Shown in pieces: positions 20,395-29,796 of a DNA stretch of 57,742 bases. The stretch covers positions 1 to 57,742 of the forward strand of contig CAJWRW010000004.1 of the NCBI GenBank assembly GCA_913046315.1, given 5' to 3'. The notes beneath the pieces are model-generated. The model saw nothing but the letters and a program-made list of their open reading frames with translations, was not told where the DNA came from and searched no databases. Made by a program: the position numbers and the translations under genes. Each line of letters opens with the position of its first letter. The stretch's first letter is position 1. This stretch comes from an uncultured Flavobacteriales bacterium. Its GTDB lineage: Bacteria; Bacteroidota; Bacteroidia; Flavobacteriales; BACL11.

Positions 20395-21339
20395 TTATTC
20401 TAAAAGACCTCTTCCAACCTTTTTGATTTTTCCAGATTTTTTATACTCACTAATTACTTTGTCTAAAATCCCATTAATGAAGTTTTTACTTTTATTTGTG
20501 CTATAATATTTTGAAACTTCAATATATTCATTCAAGGACACTTTCACAGGAATTTCATCAAAATACATTAGTTCGCACAAGGCCATCTTTATTAGTATCT
20601 GATCCATAATTGCGATTCGTTCCAAATCCCAATTTTTAGCTTTCTCAATAATAACGTTTTCAAATTCATGATGATTTAATATTGTTTTTGTAAACAGGTT
20701 TTTTGCAAATTCCTTATCATCTTTATTCTTAAATACATCTTTAATTTCAGCAAAACTACTTTTGCGATTAGCTGATTTTATTTTTCCAAAAAGAATTTGA
20801 GCCACAAAAGGTAAATCATCTAACCAATAGATACTTTGCTCTTCTAAAATATGATGAATAAGTTGGTCCTCAAACAAAAAATTATTTAATATAGAAAGAA
20901 TAAAAGTCTGATCTTGACTAAATGTAGTTTCAGATTGTGCAATATACTGAGTATACAATTCTGACTTCCAAATCTCAACAAACAATTTACGAATCAAATC
21001 ATGGTCGTTATTGTGCCAAATTCCTGAAACTTTTTCTAACTGCTTACTCACTTTCTCTTCAGCTTGAATCAATGCTATTAATTCATTATTAGCAAACTTT
21101 TGATTAGGATTTATATCAGAATCAGTAGGAAAATGTTTGTGCTTTTGCTCGTCTAAAAAAACCTTGGAGAAGTGAGCCAATGCTGGAAGTAATGACAAAA
21201 CAATGAAATAAAGCTGTGTGATGCTATCAATTTGTTTTAGCATCTGTTTATGTGCTTTTGCCAAATCCTTTTCTTTCGAAGTAAAGTACGCATACAAAGA
21301 TTGCATAACCTTCAAACGAATGTGTCTTCTATTTATCAT
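20395..21339 (-). CDS. nusB: Transcription antitermination factor NusB (long Bacteroidota form)
   Basis: NRRHIRLKVMQSLY, NWDLERIA, VSLNEYIE, FINGILD. Confidence 0.95.
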   Translation of the reverse strand: MINRRHIRLKVMQSLYAYFTSKEKDLAKAHKQMLKQIDSITQLYFIVLSLLPALAHFSKVFLDEQKHKHFPTDSDINPNQKFANNELIALIQAEEKVSKQLEKVSGIWHNNDHDLIRKLFVEIWKSELYTQYIAQSETTFSQDQTFILSILNNFLFEDQLIHHILEEQSIYWLDDLPFVAQILFGKIKSANRKSSFAEIKDVFKNKDDKEFAKNLFTKTILNHHEFENVIIEKAKNWDLERIAIMDQILIKMALCELMYFDEIPVKVSLNEYIEVSKYYSTNKSKNFINGILDKVISEYKKSGKIKKVGRGLLE

Positions 21340-21365
21340 TTTTAAGAACTTAAACCTATCAGATG

Positions 21366-22448
21366 CTATACATCTAATATTTCTTGAGCAATACTTATAG
21401 CTGCCTGATTTGTTGTAACACCATCTTTTTCGGCTTTATTTAAAATCTCCAAAGTGGTATTATAAATATTTTTAGTTTCTTCCAATGCTTGCTCTCTACT
21501 GAAACCTTTTATCTCCGAATAAACATTAATCAATCCTCCGGCATTTATTAAAAAATCTGGAGCATAAATAATTCCTCTATCTTTTAATTGATTAGCGTGA
21601 AGTTCCTCGTCTGCCAACTGATTGTTAGCCGCTCCAGCAACAATCTCACATTTTAATCTTATTATACTATCAGAATTAAGGGTTGCTCCTAAAGCACATG
21701 GCGCATAAATATCCATAGGCAAATCAAAAATACTATCACCACTTATAATTTCTGCGTCATATTTTTCTGACACTTCTTTTAAGCGTTCCTCATTAATATC
21801 ATTAATAAGTATATTGGCTTTTTCATTTGTTAAATGCTCAACCAAATACTCCCCAACATGCCCAATACCTTGGACTAAAATTGTTTTACCTTCCAAACTA
21901 TCACTGCCCCACCTATACATTGCCGAGGCCTTCATTCCCATATACACCCCATAAGCTGTAACGGGAGATGGATCTCCACTTCCTCCTAGTGCCACATCTG
22001 TACCAGTAACATGATTAGTTTCCATTTTAATATACTTCATATCTTTTGGGCTCATATTTACATCTTCAGCTGTAATATATTTACCATTTAAACTGTCAAC
22101 AAATTCCCCGAATTTTCTTAAAAGCGCTTCTGATTTTTCTGTTTTTGCATCACCAATAATAACCGCTTTTCCTCCTCCTAATTGCAGTCCTGAGATTGCA
22201 GCTTTATATGTCATTCCTCTTGAAAGCCTTAACACATCTTCAACTGCTTCCATTTCATTTTTATAGTTCCACATTCTTACTCCTCCAAGTGAAGGTCCCA
22301 TTTTGGTATCGTGTATAGCTATGATTGCTTTTAAGCCTGTCTTTTTATCTCTATAAAAAAGAACTTGTTCATGCCCCATTTTGTCCATCTTATCTAAAAT
22401 GATGTTTTTTTGTTGTGCGCCTACATCCAATCCGCTTTGTTGAAACAT
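21366..22448 (-). CDS. Glu/Leu/Phe/Val dehydrogenase (leucine dehydrogenase-like)
   Basis: IAIHDT, LRLSRGMTYK, GGGKAV, TAEDV, GDPS..TAYG, GAANNQL. Confidence 0.92.
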   Translation of the reverse strand: MFQQSGLDVGAQQKNIILDKMDKMGHEQVLFYRDKKTGLKAIIAIHDTKMGPSLGGVRMWNYKNEMEAVEDVLRLSRGMTYKAAISGLQLGGGKAVIIGDAKTEKSEALLRKFGEFVDSLNGKYITAEDVNMSPKDMKYIKMETNHVTGTDVALGGSGDPSPVTAYGVYMGMKASAMYRWGSDSLEGKTILVQGIGHVGEYLVEHLTNEKANILINDINEERLKEVSEKYDAEIISGDSIFDLPMDIYAPCALGATLNSDSIIRLKCEIVAGAANNQLADEELHANQLKDRGIIYAPDFLINAGGLINVYSEIKGFSREQALEETKNIYNTTLEILNKAEKDGVTTNQAAISIAQEILDV

Positions 22449-22576
22449 TTTATATGGCTTTTAAGTTTTTAATTCCCGCTTTATGTTACAGATAATTTCT
22501 ACTTTTGGGCAGAAATAAAACGGCCTGCAAAATTAGAGCTTTTATTCCATTTTGCAAAATTAAAACAACTAATTAA

Positions 22577-24328
22577 TTGAGACATCTAAGCTACTTAAAT
22601 AAATATTTATGGAAATATCGTGTTCGATTAACTCTTGGATTTATTTTTGTTTTTATCTCTAATGTATTTGCACTTTATCCTGCAGAGTTTGTTAGAAAAT
22701 CATTTGACAAAGTAAAAGCTCTACTTACTCATGCAGACATTCATTCAAATGACTATTCTTCTGTATTGCTTTACTATGGAGGCTTAATTATACTTTTTGC
22801 AGTATTGAAAGGAGTATTTATGTTCTTTATGCGACAAACCATTATTGTAATGTCCAGAAAAATAGAGTATGATTTTAAAAATGAAATCTATCAACATTAT
22901 CAAGATTTGAGCCTTGCTTTTTATAAAAAGCATGATACTGGCGATATGATGAATAGAATTACTGAAGATGTTAGTAGAGTAAGAATGTATTTAGGCCCAG
23001 CACTTATGTATACAATCAATATTGTGACTCTTTTTTGCTTGGTGATTAGCACCATGTTCAGCATTAGTCCCACTTTATCTGTTTACGTTTTACTTCCGCT
23101 CCCAATCTTAGCAATTTCGGTGTACTATGTAAGCAATACCATGAATAAAAGAAGTGAGCAAGTACAACAACAGTTGTCAGTACTTACTACTTTTTCTCAA
23201 GAAGCTTTTTCAGGAATAACCATCTTGAAATCTTTTAGAAATGAAGGGAATTCAGCAAATAAATTTAATGCCCATTGCAAAGATTATACTGCAAAGAACC
23301 TAAGATTAGTAAAAGTAGATGCTTTGTTTTTTCCACTAATTATTTTTATGATAGGGTTAAGCACAATACTGACCATTTATTTTGGAGGGCAACAAGCAAT
23401 AGCTGGCAATATCACAACAGGAAATATTGCAGAATTCATTATTTATGTAAACATGCTATCATGGCCAGTAGCATCTGTGGGGTGGGTTACTTCCCTAATT
23501 CAAAGAGCAGCAGCATCACAGCAAAGAATCAATGAATTTCTAAACACCAATTCAGAAATAGTCAATCACTCCAATGCGAAAACGCCAATTGAAGGAGATA
23601 TCGAATTCAATAATGTAAACTTCACTTATCCTGATACTGGCATAAAAGCTCTGAAAAACATCAATTTCAACATTAAAGAAGGATCAACACTGGGAATTTT
23701 TGGGAAAACAGGCTGTGGAAAATCTACCATTGCAAATCTAATTTGTAGAATTTATGATGTAGAAAGTGGAGCAATCTATTTAGGTGAGCATCAATTAGAA
23801 AAACTCAACTTACAACTACTAAGAAAAGAAATAGGTTATGTACCACAAGATGGCTATCTATTCTCAGGCACTGTTGAAGAAAATATTTCCTTTGGTAGTG
23901 ATCAAAAAAGTAGAGTAAAAATTGAGCAAGTAGCTGCAAAAGCAGAAATTACTACTGATATCATGAAATTTGCAAATCAGTATAAAACCATAGTTGGAGA
24001 AAGAGGTGTACAGCTTTCTGGAGGACAAAGGCAAAGAATCGCTATTGCAAGAGCCATTTACAAATCACCTTCAATATTTATTTTTGATGATTGTCTTTCG
24101 GCAGTAGATTCTAATAAAGAGCAAAAAATATTAGCCAACTTGCAAAAAGAAACGCAAAAAAGAACGACCATAATTATAAGTCATAGAATTTCAGCCATAC
24201 AAAATGCAGATTTAATTCTTGTATTAGAAGATGGTGAAATAATAGAAAAAGGGAAACATCAGGAACTTCTAGAAAGTAAAGGGTTCTATTACAGGATTTT
24301 TGAGAAGCAGAACAAAAAACGAACTTAA
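22577..24328 (+). CDS. ABC exporter, fused TMD-NBD (MdlA-like)
   Basis: Six-TM domain, GKTGCGKST, LSGGQRQR, FDDCLSAVD; TTG start. Confidence 0.93.
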   Translation: MRHLSYLNKYLWKYRVRLTLGFIFVFISNVFALYPAEFVRKSFDKVKALLTHADIHSNDYSSVLLYYGGLIILFAVLKGVFMFFMRQTIIVMSRKIEYDFKNEIYQHYQDLSLAFYKKHDTGDMMNRITEDVSRVRMYLGPALMYTINIVTLFCLVISTMFSISPTLSVYVLLPLPILAISVYYVSNTMNKRSEQVQQQLSVLTTFSQEAFSGITILKSFRNEGNSANKFNAHCKDYTAKNLRLVKVDALFFPLIIFMIGLSTILTIYFGGQQAIAGNITTGNIAEFIIYVNMLSWPVASVGWVTSLIQRAAASQQRINEFLNTNSEIVNHSNAKTPIEGDIEFNNVNFTYPDTGIKALKNINFNIKEGSTLGIFGKTGCGKSTIANLICRIYDVESGAIYLGEHQLEKLNLQLLRKEIGYVPQDGYLFSGTVEENISFGSDQKSRVKIEQVAAKAEITTDIMKFANQYKTIVGERGVQLSGGQRQRIAIARAIYKSPSIFIFDDCLSAVDSNKEQKILANLQKETQKRTTIIISHRISAIQNADLILVLEDGEIIEKGKHQELLESKGFYYRIFEKQNKKRT

Positions 24329-24384
24329 TTGCAATTAAAAATAATTTTATAAATTTGTAAGCTATTATTATAAAAAAAAAGCAA

Positions 24385-24828
24385 ATGGGAGAAAAAAGAG
24401 AAATAGAAGAGATATTTTCTAAAGCAGTGAGAGCTGGAAGAAGGACTTATTTTTTTGATGTAAGATCTACAAGAGCGGGAGATTATTATTTAACAATGAC
24501 TGAAAGTAAAAGGGATTTTAATGAAGATGGAACGCCTTTTTACAGAAAACATAAGATTTACCTTTACAAAGAAGATTTTATAAATTTCAAAGAAGCATTA
24601 AATGAAATGACCGATTACATCATTAAAGAGAAAGGAGAAGATATTATTTCTTTAGAAAAATCAGAAAACACAGAGGTAAAAAATGAAGTTACAGAAGAAA
24701 ATCTAGAGGAGGGAAAACAAGAAGCTACTAACAATTTTACTGAAGTAAATTTTGATGATTTAGGAGGACAGCAATCTGAAAGTACTGATGAAGAAACAAC
24801 TAAGAAAAAGGATGAAGATTTAGAGTAA
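24385..24828 (+). CDS. PUR-family DNA/RNA-binding protein (DUF3276)
   Basis: FSKAVRAGRRTYFFDV...YLTMTESK...HKIYLYKEDF; acidic tail. Confidence 0.9.
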   Translation: MGEKREIEEIFSKAVRAGRRTYFFDVRSTRAGDYYLTMTESKRDFNEDGTPFYRKHKIYLYKEDFINFKEALNEMTDYIIKEKGEDIISLEKSENTEVKNEVTEENLEEGKQEATNNFTEVNFDDLGGQQSESTDEETTKKKDEDLE

Positions 24829-24862
24829 GTAAAGACGAAACCCCAAAACAGACCTACGGAAC

Positions 24863-24892
24863 AAAAACAGCCTAAATAATTGGGCTGTTTTT
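24863..24892 (+). terminator. Intrinsic terminator
   Basis: AAAAACAGCCTA-AATAAT-TGGGCTGTTTTT. Confidence 0.8.
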
Positions 24893-25008
24893 ATTTAATA
24901 ACTTTCTTGTTTTTTGTTAATAATTCTATTTCTGCAATACTAAATTACAATTCGATAGGTTGTATTTTTATCCGAATTTAATTAGAACTAGAAAAACCCA
25001 ATAATTTC

Positions 25009-25812
25009 ATGGCAAAAATCATAGCAGTAGCGAATCAAAAAGGAGGTGTTGGTAAAACCACAACAGCTATGAATTTGGCTGCAGGATTAGGTGTTTTAGA
25101 AAAGAAAGTGCTGCTTATAGATGCGGATCCACAAGCCAATGCAACTTCAGGTGTTGGACATGACCCAAGAAGCATTAAAGAAGGGATTTACGAATGCTTG
25201 ATTGGGAAAGTAAAAGCAAAAGATATTATTTTAGAAACTAACACACCAAACCTTTTTCTTTTACCTGCCCACATTGATTTGGTGGGAGCGGAATTAGAAC
25301 TTGTAGGATTGAAAAATCGTGAAACTCGGATGAGAAAGATGGTAAATGAGGTAAAAGAAGATTATGATTATATATTGATTGATTGCGCTCCTTCACTTGG
25401 GTTAATTACGCTAAATTCTTTAACAGCAAGTGATTCTGTTATTATCCCAATACAATGTGAATATTTTGCTCTTGAAGGACTTGGAAAATTGCTAAATACC
25501 GTAAAAATCGTGCAACAAAGATTAAACGAAAACTTAGTTATTGAAGGATTGCTACTTACAATGTATGACACGCGTTTGCGCCTGTCTAATCAAGTAGTCG
25601 AGGAAGTAAAAACACATTTTCAAGATATGGTATTTGATACCATTATCCACAGAAATGTACGACTTGGAGAATCTCCATCTTATGGAGAAACTATCATCAT
25701 TCATGATGCAACAAGTAAAGGCGCAATTAATTATTTGAATTTGGCAAGTGAATTATTGAAAAAAGAAGAAAACAAAGCTCGATTAGAAGAGTTTATTGAA
25801 GATAATGAATAA
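25009..25812 (+). CDS. parA: Chromosome partitioning ATPase ParA/Soj
   Basis: NQKGGVGKTT, DADPQAN, IDCAPS, QCEYFALEG. Confidence 0.96.
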   Translation: MAKIIAVANQKGGVGKTTTAMNLAAGLGVLEKKVLLIDADPQANATSGVGHDPRSIKEGIYECLIGKVKAKDIILETNTPNLFLLPAHIDLVGAELELVGLKNRETRMRKMVNEVKEDYDYILIDCAPSLGLITLNSLTASDSVIIPIQCEYFALEGLGKLLNTVKIVQQRLNENLVIEGLLLTMYDTRLRLSNQVVEEVKTHFQDMVFDTIIHRNVRLGESPSYGETIIIHDATSKGAINYLNLASELLKKEENKARLEEFIEDNE

Positions 25813-26668
25813 GAAACAAAAAGGCTTAGGAAAAGGAATGGATGCTATCCTTCCATATGAGGCAAAATTCTCTGAGATTGCAATAGTTGATATAGAAACC
25901 AACCCCTTTCAACCAAGAATTAAATTTGATGGAGAGGCGATAAATGAACTGGCAGCATCAATTAGAGAATTGGGAATTATTCAACCTATCACGGTGAGAG
26001 AATTAGGTTATAACAAATACCAATTAATTTCTGGAGAAAGAAGATTCAGAGCATCTCAAGTAGCACATCTAACACAGATTCCTGCTTACATTCGAAAAGC
26101 AAATGATCAGGAAATGCTTGAAATAGCTCTCGTGGAGAACATCCAAAGAAAAGATTTAAACCCTATAGAAATTGCTTTAAGTTTTAGAAGACTGATAGAG
26201 GAATGTAATTTAACACATGAAGCTTGCAGTGAAAGAGTTGGTAAAAATAGAGCCACCATTTCAAACTTTTTACGGCTTTTGAATCTTCCGGAAGAAATTC
26301 AAATTGCATTACAAAAAAAACGAATTAGTGCAGGGCATGCAAGAGCACTTTTGTCCATTAAAAACAAACAATCACAATTGAATATTTTTCATGATACAGT
26401 TGCCTATGGGTACTCTGTAAGGGAGGTGGAGCAATTGGCAAAAGATTTTGCTGAAGAAAGCTATAAAAAAACCTCAAAAACCAGAAAACAGAAAGTTCAC
26501 ACTCCCATTTCTTTTGAAAAACAAAGAAAAATCCATGAGCTTTCTCAAAATCTAGGCAAGCAGATAGAATTAAAAACCAACAAAAAAGGAAAAGGAAAAA
26601 TCATTATTCCATTTTCCTCTGATGAAGATCTTAACAAAATCTTAGAACGCATTAACAATAACTCTTGA
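25805..26668 (+). CDS. parB: Chromosome partitioning protein ParB/Spo0J
   Basis: GLGKG, NPFQPR, GERRFRA, ENIQR.DL, HTH; start ATG 25805. Confidence 0.96.
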   Translation: MNKKQKGLGKGMDAILPYEAKFSEIAIVDIETNPFQPRIKFDGEAINELAASIRELGIIQPITVRELGYNKYQLISGERRFRASQVAHLTQIPAYIRKANDQEMLEIALVENIQRKDLNPIEIALSFRRLIEECNLTHEACSERVGKNRATISNFLRLLNLPEEIQIALQKKRISAGHARALLSIKNKQSQLNIFHDTVAYGYSVREVEQLAKDFAEESYKKTSKTRKQKVHTPISFEKQRKIHELSQNLGKQIELKTNKKGKGKIIIPFSSDEDLNKILERINNNS

Positions 26669-27180
26669 AGTTTTTTCTAAAAATATTTATTTTTCTTTTT
26701 TGTTTCTCTTTCATCCATAAGATAAAAGCACAGGATATCTCCAAGCCAATTCAATCTCCAAAAAAAGCTGCTTTACTATCTTTAATACCAGGTGCTGGTC
26801 AGGTTTACAATAAAAAATATTGGAAAGTTCCGATAATATATGCTGGCCTAATTACTTCTGCATATTATATTAATGACAATCATAATCAGTACAAAGCGTA
26901 TAAAAAAGCATACTTAATACGAATTGACAATGACCCACACACAAATGACGAATATGTTGGACAATATAGTAGCAATGATTTGATTATATTAAAAGATTTC
27001 TACAGAAGAAACAGAGAAATCTCTATCCTTTGCTTTGTGAGTGTTTATATTTTGAATATTTTAGATGCTTCAGTAGGGGCACACCTTTTTAACTATGATA
27101 TTTCTGAAAACATCTCTTTGAATGTAAGTCCACTATCAATAAAAGATTTTAGTGGAATTTCATTAACACTAAATTTATAA
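26665..27180 (+). CDS. DUF5683 protein
   Basis: PKKAALLS.IPGAGQVYNKKYWKVPI; conserved position between parB and dapB; TTG start overlapping parB stop. Confidence 0.8.
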   Translation: MKFFLKIFIFLFCFSFIHKIKAQDISKPIQSPKKAALLSLIPGAGQVYNKKYWKVPIIYAGLITSAYYINDNHNQYKAYKKAYLIRIDNDPHTNDEYVGQYSSNDLIILKDFYRRNREISILCFVSVYILNILDASVGAHLFNYDISENISLNVSPLSIKDFSGISLTLNL

Positions 27181-27190
27181 ATTTGTCCAA

Positions 27191-27862
27191 ATGAAAATTG
27201 CGATTCTAGGAAATGGAAAAATGGGTAAGAAAATTGCTGAATTAGCAGTAGAAAAAGGATATGAAATTGTTGCTGTTTCTAGTTCTAATAATCCTGCTAT
27301 TAATTTGGATTTAAGCACAACTGATATTGCTATTGATTTTAGTACACCCACAACTGCTTTTGAAAATATTACACATGCTATAAATAGTGGTATACCTGTA
27401 GTCTCTGGAACTACTGCCTGGCTTGATAAATTACAAGAAGTTGAAAAATTATGCAGAAATAAAAATGTTGCTTTTTTGTACGCATCCAACTTTAGCTTGG
27501 GAATGAATTTGTTTTTTGAGCTTAATAAAAAATTAGCAAAACTGATGAATTGTCAGCACTACAAGTGCAAAATTCATGAGTTTCATCATACCGAAAAATT
27601 AGATACTCCAAGTGGCACTGCAAAAACTTTAGCAGAAGATGTTGAAAAAATCCAACAAAAAAAGATAGATATTTCTGCTGATAGAATACAAAATGTTGCA
27701 GGAAAACATAGCGTAATATATAACTCTATTGTGGATGAAATTGAGATTAAACATACCGCAAAAAACCGAGAGGGTTTTGCAAGAGGCGCACTACTTGCAG
27801 CTGAATGGATTATTGGAAAAAAAGGTGTTTTCAGCATGAAAGATGTATTAAATATAGAATAA
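27191..27862 (+). CDS. dapB: 4-hydroxy-tetrahydrodipicolinate reductase
   Basis: G.GKMG, IDFS, SGTT, ASNFSLG, E.HHTEKLD.PSGTA. Confidence 0.95.
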   Translation: MKIAILGNGKMGKKIAELAVEKGYEIVAVSSSNNPAINLDLSTTDIAIDFSTPTTAFENITHAINSGIPVVSGTTAWLDKLQEVEKLCRNKNVAFLYASNFSLGMNLFFELNKKLAKLMNCQHYKCKIHEFHHTEKLDTPSGTAKTLAEDVEKIQQKKIDISADRIQNVAGKHSVIYNSIVDEIEIKHTAKNREGFARGALLAAEWIIGKKGVFSMKDVLNIE

Positions 27863-27887
27863 TTAATTATAAATTCGTTAGCGTAAA

Positions 27888-29153
27888 ATGATGAAAAAAT
27901 GGAAAGAAAGATTGGGTAAATTTTACAAGCTAGTATACTTTATTGTATTTACTTTATTTTGGACATTATTCGTTTATACAATTGGAGGCGAATGGCTTTA
28001 TTTTATTCCACTATTTGTAGGCGATCATTTGTTTTGGCACACCTTTAATTATACTTTCTGGAAAAAAATACCGAAAAGAAAAAAGAAGAAAAAAAGCGAG
28101 CTCAGAAGTTGGTTTGACGCCATACTTTTTGCTGTAATTGCAGCAACTATTTTACGAACATTTCTTATTGAAGCTTACACCATTCCAACTTCATCAATGG
28201 AGAAATCCTTATTAATTGGAGACTTTTTATTTGTAAGCAAAGTAGCTTACGGACCTAGAGTACCTATGACGCCACTTGCTTTTCCTCTTGTGCATCACAC
28301 CATGCCAGTTATTGGGGGAAAATCCTATTCTGAAAAAATAAAACTCCCCTATTATAGAATGAAGGGATTAGGTAAAATTGAAAGAAATGATTGTGTAGTA
28401 TTTAATTGGCCAGCAGAAACCTTAGGAAGACCAATCGATAAAAAAGAAAACTACATCAAAAGATGTGTAGGGCTTCCTGGAGATGAAATAGAAATCGTAA
28501 ATGGACAATTAATGGTGAATGGTGCACCTCAAGAGGAGTTTGATGGAATGAAAAAGCAATGGCATTACAATGTGCAAACCAAGGGAAGCGGACTTAATCC
28601 TAAAATACTATTAGAAAAATACGATATTACTGAGGGTGGCTATGGTAGAAATCAGAATGAATATATGCTTACTCTAACCAATGAAAGTAGAGATGCAATC
28701 TCGACTTTCCCAAATGTAAAATCAGTAAATAGACGCATTAAGCCAGCAGAGAAATATGAGGAATATATTTATCCGCACAGTAGATATTTTGCTTGGAATG
28801 AGGATAATTACGGCCCACTAACCATTCCAAAAGCTGGAGAAACAATCAATCTTACAAATGAAAATCTACCATTATATAAAGATATTATTGATCGTTATGA
28901 AGATAATGAATTGGAAGTAGTGGGAGGTGAAATTCATATCAATAAAAAAGTAGCCACTAATTACACTTTCAAAATGAATTATTATTGGCTTATGGGCGAT
29001 AATAGGCACAATTCTGCCGATAGTCGTTTTTGGGGATTTGTTCCTGAAAACCATGTAGTTGGAAAGGCGCTTTTTATATGGATGAGCTGGGATAAGAACG
29101 CAAAAGGACTGAAAAAAATAAGATGGAATCGTTTGTTTGATGGTATCAAATAA
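27888..29153 (+). CDS. lepB: Signal peptidase I
   Basis: IPTSSM (Ser), YIKRC (Lys), MGDNRHNSADSRFWG. Confidence 0.96.
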   Translation: MMKKWKERLGKFYKLVYFIVFTLFWTLFVYTIGGEWLYFIPLFVGDHLFWHTFNYTFWKKIPKRKKKKKSELRSWFDAILFAVIAATILRTFLIEAYTIPTSSMEKSLLIGDFLFVSKVAYGPRVPMTPLAFPLVHHTMPVIGGKSYSEKIKLPYYRMKGLGKIERNDCVVFNWPAETLGRPIDKKENYIKRCVGLPGDEIEIVNGQLMVNGAPQEEFDGMKKQWHYNVQTKGSGLNPKILLEKYDITEGGYGRNQNEYMLTLTNESRDAISTFPNVKSVNRRIKPAEKYEEYIYPHSRYFAWNEDNYGPLTIPKAGETINLTNENLPLYKDIIDRYEDNELEVVGGEIHINKKVATNYTFKMNYYWLMGDNRHNSADSRFWGFVPENHVVGKALFIWMSWDKNAKGLKKIRWNRLFDGIK

Positions 29154-29760
29154 ACAACATCTTCTACCTTGTTCTTATTTAGCACCAATAGGCTATTACG
29201 CCATTTTACTACAACATCCGAGCTGCATTATAGAGCAATACGATTTTTTTGTGAAACAAACCATTAGAAACAGATGCGCTATATTAGGAGCGAATGGAAA
29301 ACTCATTTTAAGTATTCCTAAAAAAAGAAAGTCAAGCTCAAAAACTATTTTGAAGGAGATACAAATCTCCTATGATGCGCCATGGCAAAAACTACATTGG
29401 AAATCCATTACTTCTGCCTATCGCTCCTCTGCTTATTTTGAATATTATGAAGACTTATTTTTCCCATTATATCAGAAAAAGGAGAAATTTTTAGTAGACT
29501 TTAACGTCAAACTGCAAAAAATTGTTTACAACTGCCTACAAACTGAAGATAACTCAATTCTAAGTACATCTTATCAAAATGAAACAGAAAAAATAGACTT
29601 AAGAAACGACTGTTTTGAATTACAACAATACGAAAAATACCAGCAAGTTTTTGAAGCAAGTTGCACCTTTATTCCTAACCTTTCCATTATCGATTTATTG
29701 TTTAACCTTGGTCCTGAATCTGCAGACTATCTACTTAATATAAATCTATCCACTAAATAA
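29140..29760 (+). CDS. WbqC family protein
   Basis: KQT.RNR, HW.SI..AY..S.YF, Y.QVF...FIPNLSIIDLLFN.GP. Confidence 0.9.
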   Translation: MVSNKQHLLPCSYLAPIGYYAILLQHPSCIIEQYDFFVKQTIRNRCAILGANGKLILSIPKKRKSSSKTILKEIQISYDAPWQKLHWKSITSAYRSSAYFEYYEDLFFPLYQKKEKFLVDFNVKLQKIVYNCLQTEDNSILSTSYQNETEKIDLRNDCFELQQYEKYQQVFEASCTFIPNLSIIDLLFNLGPESADYLLNINLSTK

Positions 29761-29796
29761 CTAACAACTATTCTTACTTTTGTAAAAAAATAGCAG

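Noticed and set aside
24829-26668. parS site near parAB
   Set aside because: No TGTTTCACGTGAAACA-like palindrome seen by eye; the imperfect ATTCGATA...TATCCGAAT repeat at ~24950-24977 is too weak to call
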